Of a stretch of DNA of 64,000 nt, positions 40,344 to 54,048 are shown piece by piece. The stretch lies in NCBI GenBank assembly GCA_951406725.2, contig OX597819.1, positions 132,990,001 through 133,054,000 on the forward strand, in the 5' to 3' direction. The stretch comes from Octopus vulgaris. Taxonomy: Eukaryota. The translations under genes were made by a program, and so were the position numbers. The first letter of the stretch is position 1; each line of letters starts with the position of its first letter. The notes under the pieces are model-generated. The model searched no databases. It was not told where the DNA came from and worked only from the letters and a program-made list of their open reading frames with translations.

Positions 40344-40655
40344 TGTGAAGGCGCGTGGCTGGGTGGTTAGGGCATTCGGATCACGATCGCAAGGACGTGA
40401 GTTCAATTCCCTGTGATGCATTGTGCCCCTGAGCAAGACACTTTATTTCACGTTGCTCCAGTCCAGTCAGCTGGCAAAAATGAGCAGTCTCTGTATTTCA
40501 AAGGGGCCAGCCTTGTCACAGTCTGTGTCACGCTGAATCTCCCTGACAACTACATTAGGGGTACACGGGTCTGTGGAGTGCTCCGCCACTTGCACATTAA
40601 TTTCAAGAGCAAGCTGTTCCGTTGATCGTATCAGCTGGGCCCTCGTCGTCGTAAA
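40344..40655 (+). mobile_element. tRNA-headed SINE
   Basis: A/B-box head; 3' half shared with 42865-43030. Confidence 0.75.
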
Positions 40656-41921
40656 AGACTGAATGCTCATAATTAATTCTGTGTCAAGAATGAAAAATAT
40701 TGCCAAATTTACGATGGGCTTACTATCTCGTGGACTCTCTGTTATGTTAAAGTTCCATAGCGTTAGTCACATTGTCTTTTCTAAGACATGTGATGCTTAT
40801 AGACTTTACTTGAAGAAATTCAAATTAGGTGTCTGGTTGTATTGATAATAAAATGGTCACATACTAATGGAATTGGCAACGGAAGAAATGCAAAGATATC
40901 AGAAGATCAATGACGAAATATTCTGCTGATTAGAATGAGGGAACAAATACTTAAAAAACATGAAATGGTGTAGAAATCTTGTAAACGTGAACCAAATACT
41001 TACCTCCTGAGAAACAAAAATATGATAAAAGCGTCAAGAACAACAACAAAGTCAACAACAATATTAGTAATATTGGTTTCAAATTTTGGTACAAGGCGAT
41101 CAATTTTGGGTAACAGCCGATTACATCGACCCCAATGCTCAACTGGTACTTATTTTTTCGACCTCCGAAAGGATGGCGGATTTGAACACCGAACGTGAAA
41201 ACGGACGAAACGCTGCGTGTTAACGGTTCTTCCAAATTGCCGCCGTGAGAAGGACAAAACTAATAATATTTATGATGATAACACAAGACGCTTAGATGTA
41301 TTGACCAGAAAAATGAAACAGGATAAATTCCAACGAAATATACATAAAGCAACCAAACAAAAAAGACAATAAGTAAACAAATCCATGAATGCACGTTAAC
41401 AAATCCTAATGTTTCCTACTGATATGTGACAAAAGATTCAAAACAGCAGAATCGTTAGCATGCCGGAAAAAATGCTTAGCGGCATGTCGTCCCCCATCAT
41501 GTTCTCATCCATTCGGGGCCGTTAAATAACAACATTGGGATCGACGTAATCGACGAACTCCCCATCCCTGGAATTCCTGGCCTTCTGCCTAAACTTGGAA
41601 CCAATATGCGACTGAAGATTTCTGAATATATTTGGTGGCTACGACTTCATCCGAGTTTGCTTGCATTTTCGCCAAAGGATAGCAATGCAAACACGTTCTT
41701 CTTGGAGATCTCTTTATTTCACTAACGTTTAAAATAGCGATTTTGAATGTAGCACAGACAATACCTCATTGAAGGTGATATCAACGAGACATTTCCCAGT
41801 CCAGTCAATTGTCCAGGGAAAACACATAAACAACTTCCATGAGGTTGGCAGACATTTACAGAACAGTAAATCACTTTTGATATTTTCGTTGAACAGGTAG
41901 CTGGGGGTCAAAAAACAATGT

Positions 41922-42005
41922 CAGTCACGTGATCAAGTTGTAAAGAGAACAGTCACGTGATCAAGTTGTAAAGAGAACAGTCACGTGATCAAGTTGTAAA
42001 GAGAA
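41922..42005. repeat. 28-bp minisatellite x3 (CAGTCACGTGATCAAGTTGTAAAGAGAA)
   Basis: Direct reading. Confidence 0.9.
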
Positions 42006-42662
42006 AAGCGGAGAAACAAACGAGTTTATTAATTACTGAATCGTTGATATTCTTTAACAACTTCCTTACATGTGTGCATACTGTAACTTTGGAAAATAAC
42101 TTTGGATATCGTTTAACTTTTACTGTTGGCTTGTCCAAGAATAATTCTTACAATCTTACTAGCAGACGATACTATTGTGTGAAGATTCGTCTCCTAAAAT
42201 TCGTCCCCGCAGCAAACTATATCATTGACCATTTCGCAGAAAGCTCCGTTAATGCCAACACGCTGTCGTTTGAGACTTGGTCGCTGATGCCTGAAATAAG
42301 CATCCAAATGAAGGTGTTGTTTAGCAAGTTTCATTGAATCATTTGCCAGAATTTTGGAACCTACAGTACTAAGTGACAAATCCGCTCCATATTCCATCCT
42401 TTTCTTTAGAAATAAATGTAAACATAATGTATTCATTGTATAAGGAGGTATTTTCATGTTGTGGCTTAAAAGCACAGTTTATTTTCTTATGTAGAATTGA
42501 ATTCTAAAATTAAGTAGTTGCAACAGTTTAAATTAATTTTCTGTTAATTATTGTTACATTGCACGAATAAATTTAAATTAATGAATGCAGCAATTAATGT
42601 TCTACAAAGTTAGAATTTTTACTCTCAGAAATTATATTCAGCATCGACTCATAATCGTCAAG

Positions 42663-43040
42663 TGGAGGCGCAATGGTTCAGTGTCTAGGGCAACGAACTC
42701 ACGGTCATAGGACCATGGTTTCGACTCCCAGACTGGGTGTTGTGAGTGTTTTTTTGAGCAAACACAACTAAAGCTCCACGAGGCTCCGGTAGGCGGTGGG
42801 GGCGAACCCTCTGTACTCTTTCACCACAACTTTTTCTCACTCTTTCTTCTTGTTTCTGTTGTACCTGTATTTCAAAGGGACAGCTTTATCACACTCTGTT
42901 TCACGCTGAATCTCCTCGAGATCTACGTTAAGGGTACACGTGTCTACGGAGTGCTCAGCCACTTGCGCGTTAATTTTACGAGCAGGCTGTTCCGTTGATC
43001 CTATCAAGTGGAATTTCCGTCGTCGTAACCGACGGAGTGC
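42663..43040 (+). mobile_element. tRNA-headed SINE
   Basis: GGAGGCGCAATGG..GGTTTCGACTCCC head; homologous to 46843-47145. Confidence 0.8.
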
Positions 43041-46000
43041 CGTAGCAATAACCGTTAACATGAACTTATCCAGACCTGAAGTAAATAAATATTCACGAAT
43101 GTGCTGTGCATTTTATCGCCTTTTGCAGAAAAGTAGAAAAGGTGGAGAGTTGGACACATGGCATCTAAGAGTCAGGGCTATGGAGTTCGATGGCGAGTGA
43201 TTGCTTACCAGTCAGTCGAGTAACATTTTTCTGAATGAATTTCAAGGTTTTTACTATGTGCAGCAGTAACACCGTCTCCCATATGACTACAGGACTCTAT
43301 TGTAGAGTTGTCTGTGAAATATGTGAAAATGATAGGATATAATTCAATGTCCTTTCCAAAAACGTGTGTACCCCTGTAGCTACTGTTAGTCATCATAACT
43401 GAGACTGGGTTGTGGGAGGGACAGTGCGCGTCACGTGTTTGGCTGCTGCTCGTATCTACACCACTTTATTTATGAATTATTTGAAAGAACACAGAAAGAA
43501 CACAGAAAGAACATAGAAATCTAAGAATCTCTTCTTATGAAATGAATGATTAATGAAAGTTCGCCGCAAACTAGTTTCATTTCGTCGTTAAAACTCTAAT
43601 TCATTCCTCTTACCCAGGATTGAAATATTCTCTTCTCTGTGCAAACCATTCCTGCTTTATTCCGTTATAAGAAGCCTTTTCAGTCATTTCTTCATCTCCT
43701 CTCCTAAGTACGTTGTCATGACGCATCAACACGTTTTTTATCTTTGAAACTTCGTTCACTTCTGCATTTTTCTTTTGCCATCAATATTTGTTATTTACGA
43801 AATATTTTAGAATTAAATTTTCGAGAACTACTTTCGTTTTTGTCTAAAAAATTAGATATATTTCTGGGTTTTTTTTCGTTCACATTAACTTTCCATTTAC
43901 TTTAGCATAAAATTATTTTATTCAATACTTGAAACCTTTTGCATTTATAAGGTTGAATAAATTTATTCAGCTATCTCCAATATTTTACATCATTTGAAGC
44001 GTACCATTATTACATTTGTCTTTAATGATATTTCACCAATTTATTATTCCTTTGTTTTAATTCTAATATTGCGAAAAACATTCAACACAGTCTTTCCAAC
44101 ATTCTCGAAGCGATAATGTAATGTTGATTGTATAATTACTGCCATGAAGTACAATATAATAAGAAGTGTCTTTGTCTTGATAATATTGCAGTACATAATT
44201 ACAAACATAACAATTGAAATTCATTAATGCTATACAGTTACAGCAATTGCAGACGCACAAAGACAATTGTATTGGAACATTTCAGACCAAAAATCAGAAA
44301 TCAATAACACTTGAAAGACAAAGTCTATGTAAAGTTGGATGTTTGTTTCTATTTTTTTTTACCTCACATCGTGACCGATGCCTCAGCGAGAGCAGGATTT
44401 TAATAACCTCTTTGTGACCATTGATATATATTTTATTCCGAACTAGTAATTCAATAACCACTCATCAGCTGTCGCTTCTTCCCCATCACAACCAGTTCAA
44501 ACCAAATTAAAACGTAAACTCATAGAAATATCAAACATTTCGATTTGTTCCCATTCCGTTAGTCAATTATCTCTGTTTTTCTCCAGCACACATCGATTCC
44601 AATGCATCAAAGAAGCCATACAGGAAAAAGAAAAGAAACTTATTAAAATACATCATCTTGTTCTCTGTCTCACAAATCGTTTGCAAACGATTTTCTATTC
44701 TGAATGAGTTCGTTCATTTCATCCCACTTCATCAAAGTTTCTACATTTATTATTTTTCACTTAACTAATTAAAACACTTAAGCATTTTAACCATTTGCCA
44801 TTACCTTATGTGACGTCCATTTTGTTTTATTTAGCGCTTAAGTTAATTGAATATTTTCATAAAATATCCCTACTTTTCTGTTAATTTAAATTAAAATTTT
44901 GTTTTTGAAAGATAATGTACAGGTTGAACCTCGGAGAACAATTCTATCATTTACGGCAGGCAATAATCGAATTTAGGTTTCACACATTTCGCAAAACGAA
45001 AGAAAATGAACATGTTGGTATGTCTGCTTCAAAATACATTGAGTGAATGTAAAATATGTTTGTTCTTTGAAGAGAGAAACTAATTACAAGAAATTAAGAA
45101 CTAAAGTGAAGTTTGATCTTTGTGAACATGGGGACAGTTACAGACATATTTCGGTTTCGTTCGAATCCATCAGCAGAGACTATTTATACCTGTTTCCATT
45201 ACAGAAGTTTTAAATATATGAAACGAGATGCAAAGATTTTGGTCAGTATAATCGGTTTTAAAAGCCGTCAATAGAATGATAATGTGAAATTCAATGAACC
45301 TTTTGTGAATTTCTTCGATGTTTATGTTATAAATAAACAATAGCAAAACAAAAAAGCATTTTAAACCATTCGATATCAAATATAATTTTATAGGAATTTC
45401 TGCTAAAGTAATTTTTATCTTATGACCAGGAATATTTAATATGGTTGATTGGATCTTTAGTTCGCCAACTTAATTCTCTGATAGCATTAGAACAGACTCG
45501 AGCAGAACCGAGTTACATTTTCTGTTATATACTCAAGTTAACTCCAATGGAAAGCTTAGTACACATTCTACTTAAAAGCGTTTTATCGATTTAGGGCTAA
45601 CAACTTTCTCTTCGTCTCTTGTCAGAGCATTAATTTCTCTTAGCTTCTTCAAAAATATTTGCTGTCTCCTCTTTGAGCTAAAATACATTTTTGACAAACG
45701 TAGATATCTTGTAGATGACAACAATTATTTTCGTTATAACTTGCAGAGCAGAATCAGAAATCAATAACGATTGAAAAACAACGCGTATATTAAAGCCAGA
45801 CTAACCCAGTTGCCAGAGTTTCCTCTCATTAACTGACCTCGCCCTTCCCACATTTTCTTTAGCCGTTTCGCCGGCTGATTCTTCCAAGTATACAAAACAA
45901 GAACTATATTTGAAAACGTTTTTCATTTTCTAATCAAAATTCTTCAGACGTGCGGATATTGCCATCCTGTCTATTATGATAAATAAGTGTTGCATGATAT

Positions 46001-46316
46001 TTAATCATTTCGTTTCGTCAACAGAGAAATTAAATGAAGACTTTAAGCGCATTCTATACGAAGAGATTAAGAACAAAATTGTCTTCTAAAGCCAAAATCG
46101 ATCTCGTTTTACACGATGCTTAACATGTCTCTGGCTTGTATAATATCGTGTATACGCATGTGTGTGTGTGTTTGTGTATGTATATGTGTTTGTGTGTATA
46201 AACACACATGCACACTCACATACATAAAGCATTTGCTTACATGGAAAGGTAAATTTATATGAGCAGTTACACACACACATATAGTATATACATATATGAA
46301 TAAATATAGTAATAAA

Positions 46317-46354
<38 letters not shown>

Positions 46355-46796
46355 CATATATATATGGTATAATCTTTAATTTAGAGATTTTCTTATATGT
46401 TGCCGATGCATGTGTTCCGTGCAGCTAATTTCACGCGCAACCTGAATTCCAGTAAACATCAATGAAAACATTTATGGCAGCGTTGAATGTAAAGAAACAG
46501 TTATTTACAAAATTAATTAGTTCTGTCTTTTCTTAATTTCGAATACGAGCATTACTTGTTAAATATGAATACTTGAAATATATATATTGATGAATGTTTA
46601 TTTAGAGGAGTGCATTTAACAGCGCTGTCCTGGTTTTTAATTGTATTTGACAAGTTTTTGCATAAAAGAAATTAGATGGAAGTAAAATGTGCAACACGTT
46701 AATATTATTTCTTATACGACAACTCTGAAATTTTACATACACACATGCATTCATACGTGCAAACATACATATATACATACATATATCCATGCACAA

Positions 46797-46842
<46 letters not shown>

Positions 46843-47142
46843 CATCGTGACTGCACAGGCTATCAGATGTTGCTACACATCGCTGGTTACAATGCACTTC
46901 GCATTGTTTTAGCCTTCCAATGGCGCCACCGCGCTGGCTAAGCGAGTAGGCCAACAGAAAAAAGCGTGAGAGAAAGTTGTGGTGGAAGAGTACAGCAGGG
47001 ATCACTACCACCACCCCTTCCGGAGACTCGTGGAGCTTTAGGTGTTTTCGCTCAATAAACACTCACAACGGGCGGTCTGGGAATCGAAACCGCGATCCTA
47101 TGACCGCGAGTCCGCTGCCTTAACCACTGGGCCATTGCGCCT

Positions 47143-47145
<3 letters not shown>
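46843..47145 (-). mobile_element. tRNA-headed SINE
   Basis: GGAGGCGCAATGGCCCAGTGGTTAAGGC..GGTTTCGATTCCC head on the minus strand. Confidence 0.8.
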
Positions 47146-47226
<81 letters not shown>

Positions 47227-47431
47227 GAAATATGTTACGAAAAGAAAATATCAAATACACGTGGAAATGTAAGGATAAAATATGAAAAATCAACGAAAAT
47301 GCATATTGCAAATAGAAAAAGGCTATTTAAGACAGGTAACGACAAATATATACATTTAGATTGACTGAGGTAGTAATACGAGTCATAAAAGTCATTATTA
47401 TGAGATGATAATAAAGTAAGAGAACAAAACG

Positions 47432-47533
47432 AAAAATATGGAACGCTTCACGACTTTGCGTGTCATCCTTGCGCAGGGGCCATGCTAAACCTCTCTGGAT
47501 CGTTCCAATTTTAGTATATGTACTGCCGAAGCG
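47432..47533 (-). pseudogene. U6: U6 snRNA copy (first ~5 nt missing, core substitutions)
   Basis: CGCTTCGGCAGTACATATACTAAAATTGGAACGATCCAGAGAGGTTTAGCATGGCCCCTGCGCAAGGATGACACGCAAAGTCGTGAAGCGTTCCATATTTTT matches metazoan U6; upstream promoter region is replaced by the inverted arm. Confidence 0.93.
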
Positions 47534-47573
47534 CAAGGATGACACGCAAAGTCGTGAAGCGTTCCATATTTTT
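47531..47573 (+). pseudogene. U6: Inverted duplicate of the U6 3' part
   Basis: GCGCAAGGATGACACGCAAAGTCGTGAAGCGTTCCATATTTTT. Confidence 0.9.
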
Positions 47574-47849
47574 CGTTTTGTTCTCTTACTTTATTATCAT
47601 CTCATAATAATGACTTTTATGACTCGTATTACTACCTCAGTCAATCTAAATGTATATATTTGTCGTTACCTGTCTTAAATAGCCTTTTTCTATTTGCAAT
47701 ATGCATTTTCGTTGATTTTTCATATTTTACCCCTATATATATATATATATAACGGGAAGCTTTATGAAAATAAACAGAAGACGAAGGCAGGTGGAAAACA
47801 AACGAACAATTGTATTAGTATGGCGCTCAGGAAATATAAATAAAACAAG

Positions 47850-47887
47850 TCTTTAACGTTTCGAGCCTACGCTCTTCAACAGAAAGA
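47850..47887 (-). ncRNA. Minimal Penelope-type hammerhead-like motif (A6 replaced by U) in a short element at about 47751-47945
   Basis: UCUUU-CUGUUGA-A-GAGC(GUAG)GCUC-GAAACGUU/AAAGA; 5-bp helix I, palindromic AACGUU. Confidence 0.55.
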
Positions 47888-47959
47888 TACACAGAGAGAG
47901 AAAAACACAGAAAGAAGGAGAGAAAAAAAATGCGTGCAGTAGCTAAATATACAGATAAA

Positions 47960-48567
47960 GGGTGAAATATAATTAATTTAATAAAATCAACAAATTTCAC
48001 CAAGTAGTATTTCGGTATGGAAAAGGACCATATTCGGTAAAAGTTTGTATAATTATAACAAAGAGGGTCTTTGCAACGAGTTGCTAGACCACAAACCGAA
48101 AGTATTAGAAATAGCAGCCAGAGGACTGTTATTTCTTTTACTACAAAAATATGTCTCCACAGCCAACAGTATTTGTAACTCATTATGTGGCAAAAACAGA
48201 AGAAAAATAATTCTGGAGGACAATACGAATTCACTTGTCTATATAAATGTGGATATGCTGATTGGCTTCTGTATGCCCCGATTTCGCCTGGTCGGAAATA
48301 TGGAGGGTAAGATTTCCTAGCATTTCTAGATTTATTTACCGGAATATTATGTTGATAAAGGAAATGAATCTTTGATTATAATCCAGAAACGTACGTGGAC
48401 TGTTTGATTTCGTTATTTTTCTTCTTTTTTTGCCACATAATGAGTTACAAATACTGTTGTCTGTGGAGACATATTTTTGTAGTAAAAGAAATAACAGTCC
48501 TCTGGCTGCTATTTCTAATACTTTCGGTATGTGGTCTAGCAACCTGTTGCAAAGACCCTCTTTGTTA

Positions 48568-48573
<6 letters not shown>
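47960..48573. mobile_element. Element with ~155-bp inverted arms ending in (TA)n
   Basis: 48050-48205 versus 48418-48573 with few mismatches; mirrored ORF translations. Confidence 0.85.
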
Positions 48574-48633
<60 letters not shown>

Positions 48634-49357
48634 TATATATATACATATATATATAAATCACATGCATATATATATAGATATTAATTCACAGACATAGACA
48701 GACGCGCGCGCATACACACACATATTTATATATGCGAGGAGGGATTTAATTTGCGTTTTCCTCTCGTATATACTTAATCCTAGTTGTAGAAATGTGATAA
48801 TGCAATGCACACAAACCGAGATGCATATTCATGAATGAGTTTGAATTATTCTTAACATTTTTATCTGTAATTTTTTCCAGGTATTTAATGGGAAAAATTT
48901 GACAAGACAGTCAGTCACCGGCTGACACTCGCTGACGATACATCGAAGAGGCTAGGGAACAGAAGAAAGAAGAAGAAAGAAGACATGCACCCAACACCAG
49001 AGCTGAAGACACCTCCGAAAGGGGGGGGGGCGCCACGTCAAAACGGTAGAGGAGTAGGGGCCGAAACAGGACATGGTTCCTCCTGATGATGTCTTGAGCT
49101 AACTGGATCCTATAAAGGAGCTGTTGTGGTAGCAGACCTCGAAACACGGTTGTAATTCCTCCTTATTTCGATTAAGAGCAAACATATTCTATATTTCCCC
49201 CAAGTTATTTTGAAACAGACGCACAAACGTGTTCCTTCTCGATTGGAGACATTAATATTTCGAAATGTGAGAAGCCAATATCAGTGTAACACCCGACGAT
49301 AATGAGTTTCATACACTCTTAAAGAACAGACGTGCACACTTGCATACATGTAAATAT

Positions 49358-49521
<164 letters not shown>

Positions 49522-50236
49522 AGAGAGAGAGATATGTATGTATGTATGTATATCGAAAATGGAGAAGGCCGGTTTATGGGATCACTTTAGGTTTCGCGTC
49601 CAGAGAGGGTTTAACTTTATGGCGTATCGTCAGATCCCCAAAACTTGTTGTCCCAAGACCTCTTAAAAGTATGGAGGAGGAAGTGCCTTACTATTCAAAG
49701 GAAACACTTGGGTATTATTTCCCTTTGCTATCGGCTATCGACATCCGGCTGTACCACTATCTTGTGGGCTCCAAAAAGCTAGCAGGAACCTTCTGAAATG
49801 TAAACATGGCCCGAAAATCTCCGTTCTGGAGTTAAAGATGTTCCCTGGTTCGAGTGATCCTTTAAGATTCTTACGCGTTGCTTGACAGAGTTCCCGGAAC
49901 ATGCAATGTATCTCTGTAGGTGTGTGTTGTCATTGCTGTATCCGTATCTGCTGGTATTGGGGCCCTAGCAGAAACACCAGCTGAACCACGGATAATGACA
50001 CCCCTAGCAGCAATGACAACTCATCCACCAATGACGAGGACTACAGTAACATGTTGTGTGGACGGCCCCAGACGATGAAATAGGCCCAATAGTGGATATA
50101 GAGGTAGTTGACAGAAGAGATTTGGGTGGTGTAGAGGTCATCCGAACGTGCGACATAACACAACAACAGCGCCTTCACCATAAATGGAAGTGACGATACA
50201 TACATACATACACACACTCACACACACGCGTGCGCT

Positions 50237-50293
<57 letters not shown>

Positions 50294-50899
50294 GCATATA
50301 CATATCCATATATATGTATAGTCTCGCCTAGCTTGCGAGGCTATTTATTGAGAATATTCAAGGAGTCCCCAGAATAAATTCGACGAATAAATCCTCAAAT
50401 AAACGGCTTATTCCTCTGATCATATCCACTGAAGAAAGATTCCCGATCATTGCGTAATTTACGTTTGAGCTAAAGTTGCTACACCACAAAATGTCTCATC
50501 AAACTGCACAACCGCTCACGACAACGAAATTCATGTTAATCTCAAAAAAGCCATCATCGGAAAAGCTAAACAAGTTTAAACACTCTTTTTCTTGAAGCTA
50601 CCATCACAATAATAATGTAATTATTGTAAAATTGCAAGACATGACTCTGATGTGTGATTAGTTGGAAAGAAAGTATAATGGGAAAAACCTCGTTAAAAAT
50701 ACTGAATTATTTTACAGTGGAAACTTAACATAGACTGCGTTCAACATATAGTATACAAGGGTGAATATTTTCCTAAGCGTTATTGTTATAACCAAACAAC
50801 ATATTCTTGTAAATAAAGCGTAGAAATCTACAACAATGACGTCACGTGCCATAACGGACTGGCATCAAGTCAATAAGAAAATGATTTCTTTGAGACGGG

Positions 50900-51260
50900 A
50901 AAGATTATTCATCGCAGGGATCAATTTTTAGGTGACAATTTGCCTTTGAGATTATTTATATTGGTAGTGGACACCTGATTGTTTTGGTGATAAGAATTCG
51001 ATTCGTAGAAATCGATTGCCGACATGAAGGAGTATTACGAAAATATCTATTACATGGTGAAGAACCTTCGCCTAGTTACAACAGATGTAGAAGAGAATGG
51101 GATGGAGTTTGGTTCAATTAAGTGTTCCTATCTTATTGTAAAACGAGGGAAAAAACTACAGTGCGTTAATATCAACCTATAGTCAAATTATTTCTTTGAC
51201 CATGATGAGGAATATAAAAAATACAAGGGCGGCCGAGTTAGAGAATATTAAACGGCAGGG
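50900..51260 (+). mobile_element. Decayed R4/Dong-like RT remnant
   Basis: GDNLPLRYFIL...GMEFGSIKCSYLIVKRGK, compare MKFGLEKCAKVTMKRGK in ORF 58225-59568. Confidence 0.6.
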
Positions 51261-52574
51261 AACGTATATTTCATGAAGTTTATTGTATAAGAGTAAATCA
51301 ATGTTTTCCCTGCAAGCATTCTGGTAGAATCCCAGAAATGTCTACAATATATTTCCACATCACAAGTGGTTCTGACCATATTTATTCTAGAATTTAAACA
51401 AGGAGGCAGAAACGTTACTTTGATACAAACAACCTATGAATGTTGCAACATATTCTTTTTCACTGTATCTGCAATTGTGTGTGACAATGCGTCCGTTGAC
51501 CAACAATGCTTATATTACGGTAATGGAATGAAAAGGGGAGCAGATCGGAAATTGCTCCCAGAGATTCATAATGAGAGAATTTCCAAAATTCTATTGAAAC
51601 AAAACAATCAGACGAAAATAATCTTTAAATGCTTAAAATTCCAAATCTGTTTCTCATTGTAAACTGTATGGAACAACTGATGCGAGACTGTCTTTGTGTG
51701 AAGCAAACCGTAACAGGAAAGTGTTCGAATAAAAGATATTATTCGTTTTTCTTCTTTCTGTGTCATGCTTTCCGAAGACAGCTTTCTGAAAGTTTGCTGC
51801 ATAAAAATCAGTCTCCATTATAGAGATAGCACATAATTTGTTAAGACAGTTTTGTCTTTTGCATTGCACCAGTCGAACAACGGCGTAGAAGTCTCTCTCC
51901 CTCCACAACTTACCAAAGTTTTTCGCTGTAATCATCAAATGGTATGATTCACTTTTCACAGTCAATTTATGTTCAGGAAATTTACTTTAATTTCCTACTT
52001 TTCGACAAGAATGACAAAAAACATTTTGATAGTCTAAATTTGCAAAATTTGCGACAAATATTTTCCGAGCGACTAAATATAAGTAGATGTCGTTATTTCT
52101 GAATGTATCAACTTAAACACACATGGTTCCAATCACCAATTTTATTTGTTTAAAGATTGCTCGTAAGTGAAATCCCAATGCGAAAACGTTCGTCTTTACA
52201 ATGGCTGGAATGCTATTTAAATAACATGGCATCACCATAACATCTCTAACAATATAAACGCTTCTTGGCATAAAAAGAAGAAAGGAAAGACAAAAGCTGC
52301 TATTAATAGTTCCATCTTACTGGAACATTCTACAATGACGTCTTCCAAACAATTTCAGACTGACAACATCCTTTTTCATTCCACAATAGTTCGTAAAACT
52401 AGAAGAAAACAAAGTTTAAAAAGAAAAAGGAATTTCACCAGGAAATAGCATTACGGAATATTCCTTATATCGTTATTAAACAATGGAAAATACTCGAAAG
52501 AAAAAAAGAAACTCCCTACAAAACTGGAATCATACCATCAGTTTCTTTTTTACAAAAATTAGTCATAATTTGAA

Positions 52575-52714
<140 letters not shown>

Positions 52715-52786
52715 AGATATATGTATATATATATGTATATATATAGATAGATAGATATATGTATACATATATATATATATATATGT

Positions 52787-52859
<73 letters not shown>

Positions 52860-52892
52860 TATTATATGTATATATATGTTTGTGTATGTATG

Positions 52893-52933
<41 letters not shown>

Positions 52934-53130
52934 GATTCTAGAAAATTGTCGGAGTGATACATCGTACTCGTTTAAACAAAACATATGTAAAATGTTAAAC
53001 GGTGGCTGTCAAAACTAAAACTATATTTACTACAACAGTGCTGCACAACTGGCGAGGAAGGGAAAATAAATCTTCACATTACTGGAAGCACACACACACA
53101 TGCGCGCGCGCACAGACACACACACATACA

Positions 53131-53201
<71 letters not shown>

Positions 53202-53221
53202 GCGTATGTGTTTTGTATCTT

Positions 53222-53441
53222 TCATATTCTACTTCTTTCAGTTATTGGGGTGTGGTCATGCTGGGGCAGCTCTTTGAAGGGTTTAGCCGAATAAATCGAC
53301 CCTACCACCTATTTCTTAAAAGCCTGGTACTTATTCTATCGTTTTCTCTTTCCCGACCTGCTAGTTTAATGGGACATAAACAAACCAACGTCAGTTGTCA
53401 GATGGTGGGATGCAAATACAAACACAAAATTGCACACACCT

Positions 53442-53479
<38 letters not shown>

Positions 53480-53865
53480 GGTGGTCTTCTGTTAATTTAT
53501 CCCCACCACATCCACTCATAAGTCCTTGATCGACCCAAGTGTATATCGTAAGACACTTGCCTAAGGTGAACCCGAAACCACTTGGTTGAGAAGCAAACTT
53601 CTGCGCGGGTTTCATGAACAAAAAATGGTTATCGGTTATATACTCTTTTACTCTTGTACTTGTTTCAGTCATTTGACTGTGGCCATGCTGGAGCACCGCC
53701 TTTAGTCAAGCAAATCGACCGCAAGACTTATTCTTTGTAAGCCTAGTACTTAATCTGTCGGTCTCTTTTGTCGAACCGCTAAGTGACGGGGGGTAAATAC
53801 ACCAGCATCGGTTGTCAAGCGATGTTGGGGGGGGGGGCAAACACAGACACACAAACATACACACG

Positions 53866-53902
<37 letters not shown>

Positions 53903-54048
53903 CTTATATACTTTGGGCTTCTTCCAGTTTCCGTCTACCAAATCCACAAACAAGGCTTTGGTCGCCCCGAGGCTATGGTAGAAGACACTTGCCCAAGGTT
54001 CCATGTGGTTCGTAAGCAAGCTACTTACCACACAGCCACTCCTACGCC
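53222..54048 (-). mobile_element. Two adjacent SINE copies (about 53222-53605 and 53645-54048)
   Basis: Same head/body/tail blocks as 2049-2459. Confidence 0.8.

Larger units (their letters stand above)
47224..47733 (-). mobile_element. U6-containing insertion with 199-bp inverted arms between (TA)n tracts
   Basis: 47276-47474 is the reverse complement of 47531-47729 with no mismatch seen. Confidence 0.9.

Noticed and set aside
40344-40420. tRNA genes here and at about 3200-3270, 47075-47145, 55690-55790
   Set aside because: A/B boxes present but I could not draw a complete cloverleaf and most continue into SINE bodies; treated as SINE heads
42194-42475. 93-aa ORF as a host exon
   Set aside because: No homology recognised; alternative frames closed by stops; no supporting neighbouring exons
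47432-47533. Functional U6 gene
   Set aside because: 5' end truncated, no upstream PSE/TATA region, ACAGAGA box altered
49076-49160. CUGAUGA...AGACCUC-GAAAC hammerhead candidate
   Set aside because: Helix II base is mispaired and no helix I can be drawn; not adjacent to (TA)n or an inverted arm
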